DNA of 64,000 bases. Origin: Candidatus Poribacteria bacterium (lineage in GTDB: Bacteria; Poribacteria; WGA-4E; WGA-3G). The stretch lies in the NCBI GenBank assembly GCA_963665235.2, contig CAXXLX010000001.1:480001-544000 (forward strand), read 5' to 3'. Below, piece after piece: positions 40,659 to 50,400 of the stretch. Position 1 is the stretch's first letter. Every line of letters begins with the position of its first letter. Below the pieces are notes generated by a model. That model ran no database searches and was not told the origin of the DNA. It saw only the letters and a list, made by a program, of their open reading frames with translations. A program made the position numbers and the translations under genes.

Positions 40659-41657
40659 TCAGTGACAATGGATGCTGTCGGCGACCTGTTGTGCTATCTT
40701 TTCAGCATCCACTCGCCCGATAGATTGCACCACATAAATCCGATTGGACTCATAACAGTGTCTTATATGAAAGACAAGCCTTGTCCGTTTGCGTAGTTTG
40801 TCCAATACCAGCACCGGTGCAATCGGGACATAATCGTAGAAGCGCGTCTGCTGTCCAATCAGCGTCAACCATTGGTCACCCTGTACGTCCTGCTGCGTGA
40901 CCTCAAAGCCGTATCCACGAATTGCCTTTGCGTACTTTGCCCGGAACCAAGTCTCTAGGGGTGTCGATTCAGTGCTGTATGCATTCAGCAAGACCTCGGC
41001 GGGGCCATAACGTTCTACGCTAATTTTTCGACTTTTTCCTTTGTTAAATGCAAATAACAGATAGCCGCTGAGCAGTTTCTGACGTTCCAATTTAAAGATT
41101 CTCGGGACAGCGAGCCTGAGTCCATAAGCACTCCAGAGGGTGTGTGTGTCCGTGGCACCGTAGTCAGAAATGGAGTGGAAGATATGTTGAACTGTGGGGC
41201 GCCAGTTCTCTTTCAGCCGTCCCATGACTTGTACGATGGTAATCCGCTTGGCAGTTGGGTTGTGCACAATTAACCCGTTGGCGCGGATACCCCCTTTCCA
41301 ACTGAAACCGATGACAGTTCTACCTTTTAAAAAATCTTCATCCTTGACGAGGTCAACATTTCTTCGGAAGGAGACCTCGCCGGTCCGCTTATAGTTTTTC
41401 CGGACTAATTTGAAGTATTCATCAAGCGTTTTATGGAGGTCAGGTTTTTTCTGACGTGATTTTGCCCATTTGAGTTCTAAGCGTGGCATCTCTGCATCAT
41501 CCATTCGGAGGTACCCATTTTTCTCATCCCCGCTGAGCCCGCTGATTTCCCATGTTGCCGGAATGTCTATTTGAATGCCTGCCCAACCAAATTTTTCAAA
41601 TTCTCTCGTTGAAGAGGATTCTGTTTTAGAGATAGAATCGGGTGATTTCTGCTTCAA
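40659..41657 (-). CDS. Hypothetical protein, co-oriented with the transporter operon
   Basis: 332-aa ORF; no recognised catalytic motif. Confidence 0.75.
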   Translation of the reverse strand: MKQKSPDSISKTESSSTREFEKFGWAGIQIDIPATWEISGLSGDEKNGYLRMDDAEMPRLELKWAKSRQKKPDLHKTLDEYFKLVRKNYKRTGEVSFRRNVDLVKDEDFLKGRTVIGFSWKGGIRANGLIVHNPTAKRITIVQVMGRLKENWRPTVQHIFHSISDYGATDTHTLWSAYGLRLAVPRIFKLERQKLLSGYLLFAFNKGKSRKISVERYGPAEVLLNAYSTESTPLETWFRAKYAKAIRGYGFEVTQQDVQGDQWLTLIGQQTRFYDYVPIAPVLVLDKLRKRTRLVFHIRHCYESNRIYVVQSIGRVDAEKIAQQVADSIHCH

Positions 41658-41691
41658 ATCGGCACCTCAGGATATAGCAAATAACCAAAGT

Positions 41692-42012
41692 TTAATCGCG
41701 TGTGGCAATTTGCTGCCACAACCGAATTGTTTTGTCGTCGCTTGCACTGGCGAGCGTTTTCCCATCGGGACTCCACGCTACTGAGTTGACATTATCTGTA
41801 TGTGCCATCAAAGTTTGCATGAGTCTGCCTGTGTGAGGCTCCCACAATTGAATTTTGTTGTCATTGCTTGTACTAGCGAGCCAACCTTCATTAGGATTCG
41901 GATTCCATGCCAGTAAAAACTCTACCCACCGAGGTATTGTATAACAAGCACTTAGTGATAAGATTACGGCAAACGAAGCGATCATTAACCAGATTAAGCG
42001 GTTTCTAAACAT
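41692..42012 (-). CDS. Short exported WD40-repeat protein, possibly truncated
   Basis: Signal/lipobox-like LSAC; HTDNVNSVAWSPDGKTLASASDDKTIRLW. Confidence 0.7.
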   Translation of the reverse strand: MFRNRLIWLMIASFAVILSLSACYTIPRWVEFLLAWNPNPNEGWLASTSNDNKIQLWEPHTGRLMQTLMAHTDNVNSVAWSPDGKTLASASDDKTIRLWQQIATRD

Positions 42013-42218
42013 ATTTCAATCTCCTCACAAGGCTGGCATGTGCTCTATTTTTTCTTACCTGATTTGTCCATGGTCTCAATTAAGCCATCACCTGCTTTAT
42101 TACATGAAATCGGCCGACAAACCGGCTGTTTCTATTGACAGTTTTCAGAAATCCACCACTTTCATCGGCATTTATTTTGAGGTATCCCTCAACAAATCCC
42201 TAACATCAGATTAAAAGA

Positions 42219-44207
42219 TTAAAACGGTTTAACGATAACAGCCTTAGAAACAAGGGCAATTGCAACAGTACCCATCCCTATCAATCCGACACCGCATGCG
42301 AATCCTGCTGCCAAAACCGGATTGAACATATACCATCGTTTCAAGCCGAACCGCTTAATCATATAGAATCTGCCGATAATTGCGCCGAGCAGTCGTGCCA
42401 CCATACTTCCTGGGTCCGCACCAATTCCGCCGATGATACCGTAGTACCACATAGAGGGATACTTGAAGACCCAGAGCAGCCCATAAATAGCGAGACTGGA
42501 GGTGAACCCCGCGGCGACATAATCCCCGCGGATAGCGTTCAGCATCTCACTATTTCCATCGCGTAGCGATGTTTTCCAGAGGCATTCATTAGTTGCATTA
42601 ATCGGCCACATCATCTGGACGTACGGATATTGTGCAGAAGGTATCGGCGCGATTTTCCAAATAAAGTGCAACACCACAATGCCACTAACGAGCAGAATTG
42701 GCATAATAAGCAGCGTGCCGGCAAGATTTGAGGTGAAGGTTGTGCCGGTGAGTTCTAACACACGCCAGCTCTGCGTTCCCTGTCCATAATCCTCATCCGG
42801 CAGCGGCGCGAACCAGATATCAATTTCTTCATACCGGCTCAGAATGAACGTAATCTCATGAAGGTACGGTATTTCAAACAGGTCGCGTCCGAGTACGCCG
42901 AAAGTTCTCGCCGTGATATAGGAGTTAAGCGGTGTGTATAAGAACGCGTATCCGAGTAAAAAGCTGAGCGGGAAGTTGGGGACCATCCAGTGGATGAGCC
43001 AAACAAATCCCCCCATCCCGATGAGCCAGAGGAGCCCCATTAACCATAGTGGAAAATCGCCTCGCCCGGGAGGTGTAGCCAGTGAACCGCGTTGCCCTGC
43101 CTTTTTCTTGGAACTTCGGAGTTTGAAAAGCATCGGAATAGAAGCCGCCATGCCGACGAGCCCGAGGCTAAACATTTTGCCCATGCCGTAGCTCATCCAG
43201 AAATCGAGGTTGTTGAAAAGTCCAACCCCCCGTACATCGAGCCCAGGGTGCCATTGCCACAGAATGCCGGATTTGTACAGAATTTGCGGGTTCAACACGA
43301 ATTGCGATAGCATCGCCGTAATGAACTCCGACATCATCACCGGGAACGGCATGACGAATCCGATAAGCATCTGTCCAAAATCGGTGCGGAGCGCAAAGAC
43401 CCCCGTTGGCGCGAACCCTTCAATGCTTTGTGTGAAGTCTATCCACGGGATTTTGAGTATCTGAATCGGTTGACTCATCATAACGCCGCTAAGCGCAGGA
43501 ACACCGATATAGATGAACCCCCAGATTAAGCCAGCCATGGAGCCGATGGAAAAGACTTGCCATCGCCAGGTTTCGTTTTTGCCCGTCGTTTCTGCAAGTG
43601 CGGTCGCGCCTTGTGCACTAATAGGTGCCATCGGGTAGGGGAGCCGTTCGAGGTCCGCTGTCAGCCGGAACAGGATGTACTGACCACTGACAAACCGCAA
43701 TGTACCGAGCAGCTTGCCAGCGAGATAGACCCCTATAGGTAGGAGCCAATCGGGGTGCAACAGACTGCGCGTTAGCACGCCTGCGGAATCACCAGCAGGC
43801 ACAACCCATGCGGGAATTTTGTCGGCGATTTCGTAGGACACCGCTTGCGGCGTGTTCACGAAATAGGCATACCAGATAAAGTTCCGGTATTGCATACCGC
43901 TGCCAACCGCGGCACCAGTGAGCCCGAGGAGCATATAGAGCTCCTGTCGGCGCGCAGTGGTAAAGGAACGTCTGGCTAATTCGGTGAAGAGTATGACAGC
44001 GACCCATGGGGCCGCCGCTGCACCGGATTGACCGGATACATAACTGAGATAGATGGAACCGGGCATCATGAGCAGCCCAACAAAGAGCGCGCCGAGGAAC
44101 ACTTTGAGCGTTAATCCGGATTCAAATTCCCGGACACCGCCTTCAATGTCGTACCGTTGTGCCCAAGTTTGCCATTCATCTGCCTGTGAGATTCGTTCTC
44201 TCGCCAA
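42219..44207 (-). CDS. OPT-like polytopic membrane transporter
   Basis: 662 aa with many hydrophobic segments; ERLPYPMAPISAQGATALA motif. Confidence 0.65.
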   Translation of the reverse strand: MARERISQADEWQTWAQRYDIEGGVREFESGLTLKVFLGALFVGLLMMPGSIYLSYVSGQSGAAAAPWVAVILFTELARRSFTTARRQELYMLLGLTGAAVGSGMQYRNFIWYAYFVNTPQAVSYEIADKIPAWVVPAGDSAGVLTRSLLHPDWLLPIGVYLAGKLLGTLRFVSGQYILFRLTADLERLPYPMAPISAQGATALAETTGKNETWRWQVFSIGSMAGLIWGFIYIGVPALSGVMMSQPIQILKIPWIDFTQSIEGFAPTGVFALRTDFGQMLIGFVMPFPVMMSEFITAMLSQFVLNPQILYKSGILWQWHPGLDVRGVGLFNNLDFWMSYGMGKMFSLGLVGMAASIPMLFKLRSSKKKAGQRGSLATPPGRGDFPLWLMGLLWLIGMGGFVWLIHWMVPNFPLSFLLGYAFLYTPLNSYITARTFGVLGRDLFEIPYLHEITFILSRYEEIDIWFAPLPDEDYGQGTQSWRVLELTGTTFTSNLAGTLLIMPILLVSGIVVLHFIWKIAPIPSAQYPYVQMMWPINATNECLWKTSLRDGNSEMLNAIRGDYVAAGFTSSLAIYGLLWVFKYPSMWYYGIIGGIGADPGSMVARLLGAIIGRFYMIKRFGLKRWYMFNPVLAAGFACGVGLIGMGTVAIALVSKAVIVKPF

Positions 44208-44222
44208 ATTGAAGATTCTCCT

Positions 44223-44423
44223 TTAGTCGGGTGAGTTGTCATCTGTATTCGTGTCGTTATTATTCTCTTCACTGAGTTCTTCCCAGAAGTGTGCCATGAA
44301 GATGCCGATAGTCAATATGAGTGCGGCGAACATCTGCCACTGCCAGCGACCCCCTAAGGCGAAAATACTGACGAACCATAAAACAGTCCCGATGATGATA
44401 ATAAGACTCGCTAATTTTTCCAT
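44223..44423 (-). CDS. Small two-TM membrane protein
   Basis: 66 aa, between the giant permease and the OPT-like gene. Confidence 0.6.
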   Translation of the reverse strand: MEKLASLIIIIGTVLWFVSIFALGGRWQWQMFAALILTIGIFMAHFWEELSEENNNDTNTDDNSPD

Positions 44424-44456
44424 AGTTAATAGGTATCAGAGTGTATGCCTACTCCC

Positions 44457-47400
44457 TTAATCTGCTGTCGTCATGACAGGCTCTAATTGTCCGGTGCCCT
44501 CCTGTGTATCGGCACTTTCAGTTCGCCCGCGTTCATGGAATTCTGCTCGAACATCAACACTAAATGTCCGCCAAATCAGCAGCTGTTTCCGCAACAGATT
44601 GAGGAAGCGACGGTTCACCCGTTTCCAAGACGCTATCTCGCCACTTTCACGGTGAACATCTAAGGTAATTTGGTAAAGATCTTCCTCTTCTCCACCGACC
44701 GGTGAGGTAACAAATTGGATGGATTGACTGACCCCCAGGTCGTAAGGTGCCAACCAGACCCGCATACCGATTTGGTAGGAGTGTTCCTCTGATTGCGCGG
44801 CGTCTGTATCTGTAGCGACCGTGCTGAAAGTGACATTGTCAGTATAGAAGTCGCTTGCGGACTCATCAGCGTGTGCGTCGAAGTAGTCCCGCATGAACAC
44901 ATTTAAACCGAGTGCCTCCTCCTGTAGCACGGTAAACGGCAGGTTAAAGTGCCAAACATCGCCCTCCGGTTCCGGCAGTTTCCATTTCCGTTCAATATCC
45001 GGCACCGCCATGCGGGAAGCTTTCAGGGCGGGATAAAGCGTACTGAGCAGCACCACAATCATCACGATAACTGTGGCGACCACCGTTGACATTGAAGAGT
45101 AGTTCAACGTCAATCCGGCAAGCCAGCCGAAGTATACCAATGTTGTTGCAATAGCTTGTCCCATGAGATAACCGAGGACTGCCCCGACAATCGCATAGAC
45201 ACAAGCTTCAGCGAGGAAAAGAAACGCGATATGGACGGGGGCAAGCCCAACCGAACTGTAAATTCCGATTTCGCGCACGCGTTCATAAACCGCCCCGAGC
45301 ATCGTATTTAAGACAATCAGTGCAGCAATCAGAATCGGGACGAAGAGGTTGCCCATGCCGCTAAAACTGGTCATGCCGATACTGCTGTAAAGATAGGTGT
45401 CTTTGTCCCGTCCGACAAAGAAATCTAAAGCGATGCGGTTCATCAGCGGTGCCATAATGAGGTCAAGTTTATCAATTGACGTTAAGAGCGTTGGGTCGTC
45501 CGGTTGAGGCTCCATGTTGACAGCGACACTTCTCAGCGTTCCACCCTGATTCATGACCACCTGATATGGGAGCACGGCAATACTATCCGGGGTGAGGTGA
45601 AGATATTTCTGAAGTTCACCTTCAAGCGTTTCATCACCCGTTCCGCCTCGGCTCCGTTGCTGTTGCATCAATTGATAATCGACGGGGGTGAGTTCCTCCC
45701 CATCGTTATCTGTCAAATCCTTGAATCCGATGCCGAGTACACCGACGACAGTGAAATCCGCCCCGTAAACAGAGATTGTCGCTTTGCCCATGTCGCTTTC
45801 CGTAATTTTCAGGAGGTCCGCCATCCCTTTCGGAAGGATAATTGCGTAGGGCCACTCAGTCGGCCAAGTGTGTGCATCCACGCGATCGAACCATTTTCCG
45901 TATTGAAGATATCGATGGATACCGGTGACTGTGGGTTCCATCTCACTCATCCCGACGAGCATGTTTGCAGCAAAACTCGGGAGTTCCCCCGTAAGGGGAT
46001 GTGTGGGCGGGACTGGGTCGTGGGTGTTGCTGCTTCGCGTCAATTGCACAAACGATTGGTCCCCGGTTCCCGACGACTGATACCATGCGCGCGGAGCGAC
46101 GACGTTCTCCACGGTGAGGACCGGTTCTTCGTCAACGGTTTTGATAAACCCATCTTCTCTCAATGTAGCAATTGCGGCAGGAATGTCGACCGGTGTCTGT
46201 CCCTGCTTCTTGAGCCGTTCGTTTTTCTGTTCCAAAAGCCGTTGTAGTGCGTCAACCGTAATTTGTGTTTTCTGCATATCGTTGAGAATAGAGTTCAGCA
46301 CCGGTTCTTCAAGCGGCCGCCAGTATTGGTCGCGAATAAGCAAACCTGTATAGCGAGGCGTTACCTGCGGCAGACTCGTCCGGTTCGGGCGTAGGAACGT
46401 CCGCACCGATGTGAACGATATGACAGTAAACGTTAGGATAACGAGCGTGGCGCAGGTAAGGATAGTCCGTCCTTTGCGTTTGCGCATATTCGAGATACCG
46501 AGGCTAAACGCCGCTGCACTGGCACTCAGTCTGCCAACATCAGCTTTGTAAACCTTATGGTCCCCCTGCTGGCGGATTTTCTCAAGCTGCTCCTCGAATT
46601 TTCTTACAATAATGCTGATAACAATCACGGTCAGTGCAAGCACAACGAACGCAATCAGGATAATCACAGGCGTTGTCGTTATCTGGAACGCCGGATGTAC
46701 CTGGCTTAGGAAGAAGAAGACTAACAGAAAAATGCCAAAGGTTGCTATAATCTGTTTGTGAATGTTAGGGAAACCGAAGAGCAGCCGTTCCATAAAGTAT
46801 GCAAACGGCATCAAGAGCGCGAGATAGAACATAATCCCGTTCACTACATCGTTGCCTGTGCTTTTCACATCTGGATATGCCCGCGATTCGTACCCCCAGG
46901 CCGCCCGTGCTAATTTGAGGGCTTGTTGATAATCGTTTTGAAGGAGTGCCGTCTCCGCGCGGGTGAGGTATTCGTTAGCGAATTGGTGCAGTTTGTCAAG
47001 ACGGTCGCTACTGATACCGAACCGCTTGTAGAGCCGGGAGCGGTTTTCATCGAGCCACCACATATCGCGAACCACGACATAGGGTGTTAGGCGGATGCTA
47101 CCGTTTTCTCGGACGACGAATCCTTCTCCTGTATAGAGCGTCGGATTTTTCATACCGCTTTTTGTCGCTTTAATTAACAGCAACCGTTTGCCGATTTGCC
47201 CATAAGCCATCCCGACTTTAATACGTTTCTGCGGTTCGCTATAAACCAGGGCAATCGGTTCAGCTGCAGAGACACCCTCCTGTTGCCACGGCTTGGACAT
47301 ACCGAATTTCTCTGGCGGACTATCCGAGAGGGCATCGTATATCTCTAATTCTCGGAGGGTTCGGAGGTACCGTTGGTCGACCAGGTCGTAGATAGTCGTG

Positions 47401-50400
47401 GAAACGCAGGGAAACGTTACCACTCGGCAGCCACGTCTGCGGGTATTGATTGGAACTTTGTTAGGCAGCAGTTTCGCGCCGTAATTTCCGAGGTCGGGGG
47501 CATACACGATATCGCCTGAATCTGGGTCAAGGATATACGCCTCAACCTCTTGTGCCCCGCCTAGTCTGCGTGTTGCCCTACCTTCCATTGCAAGGCCTGC
47601 CACCTCAAAATTGCCCTTGTTATCGCCCATCGCGAAGAGGTCCCCGCGCACCCCCATCATTGTCTTGTGTTTCCGGCGGAGCGTCAAAATAGGATAGGAT
47701 ACCGGCTTATTCGGGAGTGCTGAATCGCGGGCATCAAATTCAACCACATCGCCGAAGAGGTTGCAATAGAAATTACCGACCCGTGCAGCGGTCGGCATTT
47801 GCGGGTCCCGCAAGGCCTGAATGAGTAAAGAGGCTAATGTTTTTGCTTGCTGATGCAGATTACCATCTTCGCGTAGGTCAACCCGTTCAATTGTATCCAG
47901 AGGCGTATCTGTCAGGACACGCGCATCTTCAATCGTTGCAAAGGCTATACCTGTTTTTCCGACTAACGTTGCCACTTCACTATCAAAGGCGATCTTTCCG
48001 GGGATGTAGGTTTTCCACGTCTTGCCGCCGCTAGCAGAAATGGCATTGACAAAGTTAGAGCTGCCCCCAAGTCCAACGATAGAAATTAGCGTTCTAATGT
48101 CCTCTATTTCATCTTCGGTGAAGGTATCCGGGTCTTCGTGCCGGAGCCTAAGCATTGCGGGGAGTTGTGCTATCATGCGGATGCTATTTTTTCGGCTTTT
48201 CTTTGCATTGCGGACATCGTTTCGGATAAACCGTTCCACCTCTTTACGGATGTAGTCCATATCCTTCAGCATATCTTCAGACGGTTCTCCGCGGTGTTGC
48301 CACTGTTCGAACTGCATTCTCATCAGGCGGCTGACTCCCCCTAATCCCGTTAATTTGCCGTAGTGTGCGCTGAGCAGGGTTTCAAGGGTTTTCCCTTCAA
48401 GTGCTTCCTTGTCCGAAATTTGGCTAGCGACACCCCATTGGCGGGCCATCACAGCTTGTCGGATTTGGTCATCCGTTGCTTGCCACAGTTTTCTCACACG
48501 GACACCGAAATCCGCATCCGCCGCATAGGCCGCTAATTTATTTCCGATGCTTGCAAATTCACGCCGCAGCACAAACTCGGGTTGCTGGTCATAGAACCAC
48601 CCTTTGTTAAAAACACCAAATTGGTTCGATTGCGAAGAGAGGTCGATGCTACAAAAGAGCGAGGTATAATAGCGGTTGAAAAGGTCTTGAAGGGCAATCG
48701 CAGCTTCAATCTGTGCAATTTTGTCGTTGTATTCCGCCTCACTAATCCGCACCATTTTTTCCACACGACTCTGAATGTTCCGAAGCCTTGCATTCCTCAA
48801 CGTCAACATGTTGTCCCGGAGGAGCCGTTTGGTCTCTGCATTGAGGTCGGATGTGAGCGTTGGTAACTGGATTATGAGATTTTTGAGCGCGTTCACATCT
48901 GCTGTGGCACCCTGCTTCACTGTCTGTAGCAGGTGTTCTTCTGCCAAATATGCGGATATAGCCGCGCGTGCTACTTCTGCCTGCTCAACTTCAGCACTTG
49001 ACAGGTAGCTCTCTAAAATAAGCCGTTCCTCCGCTAAATATCCACGGGCTAGCGTCGCGTGTGATTCAAGCAGTTTTTCAAGCCGTTCCTGTTCGAGGCG
49101 GGCGTTGCGAAGCGCAATTTCAAAGATGCCCTGCTTATCTCGGACGAGGTCAGCAATAAGGATGTCGGTACTTTCTCCGCCGCCCACTACATCTTTAGAC
49201 GTTCTCTCCTGAGCACGTTCTTCCGTTAAACGTTGCCGGAGTTGAGCGTTTATTGCGTCTATCCGTTCTCGAGAGTTTTTCGTAAGATAGCGGATTTGCA
49301 AATCGGGTGTCAAGGTATGTTCAGGCGTGTCGCGCAGCGCATTGATAGCCGCCTTAATTTGGTTAGCGGGCATAGCCGTATCGCCAAGAGGCTCCTGCTG
49401 ACTGTCGCCGGATAACTGCCGACGGCTAACGAGTGCCTGCTGTGCTTTCAAGAGGAGAGCTTGCTCTTGGGCGATACTCGCTTCACGCGACGCAGTTGCT
49501 GAGTTGCCTATAAGCCGGCGGGCATCTCTCGCTTTTTTCAGGTCGGGCAGATTCAGGTGCCGGTCTAGGATTTTATCCGGTGTCCACATCAACGCAAACT
49601 TTCGCGTGTCGCTCAGCTCCCAATTGGCAAGTGTTTTATTGAGTAGTTCTATGTCCGGTATCAATTCAGGGGGCAAATCTGTCGGTGTCGGTATCTCATA
49701 ACCATCATTTCGTTTCACTGGCAATAGGTATGATGTCCTTGGATGCGTTCCGTATCCATCGCTCAGTTTGCCCGCTTGAAGCTCGCGCTCCAGCTTGTCC
49801 ACTGCCCAGGTGTCCAATCGGGCGATAGGTAAGGCGATAGTCTCTATCAATTCACGTTGCGCGGTTCGGCTGCTGTCTAAGGCAGATGTACGGACCTGTG
49901 CAAGTCGTTGCACAATATGTCGGAGAAAGTGTGTTGTTTGGAGTGCCTCTTTTTCAAATCGGATAAGGTTTGCGTTACGTTTTGATTTTTCCTCTTCCGT
50001 GAATCCCTGCTTTTCCCGTTTCCTATTTCGTGTGACCCGTTTTTTCTGCTGTTCAGAGAAATCGCGTTGCGCTGCATGCAGCGACTCAATTTGTGAACGT
50101 GTCGTTGCCAAGGCTGTTAACGTTGTTGCCAGTGAGTCTATGTCCGCTTTCACGCCGTGTATATCGTGAAAGAAATCCGCAGACAGGTCGACGAGCGTGC
50201 TTCGGTCGATTGAGAGGAGCAGTTTGCGTCCTAATTCTTCGAATTCAATAATATCGTTGGATAACCCACGTCTGAGTCCTTGCAAAGTCGGTGTTCCTGG
50301 GGAATCGGTTGCGGACCCGACAATATCTTGTCCGATACCTTCCATGAATGCGCGCATGCCTGCTAAACCTTGGAAATGCGCGTCAACCGCCACAAAGAGG

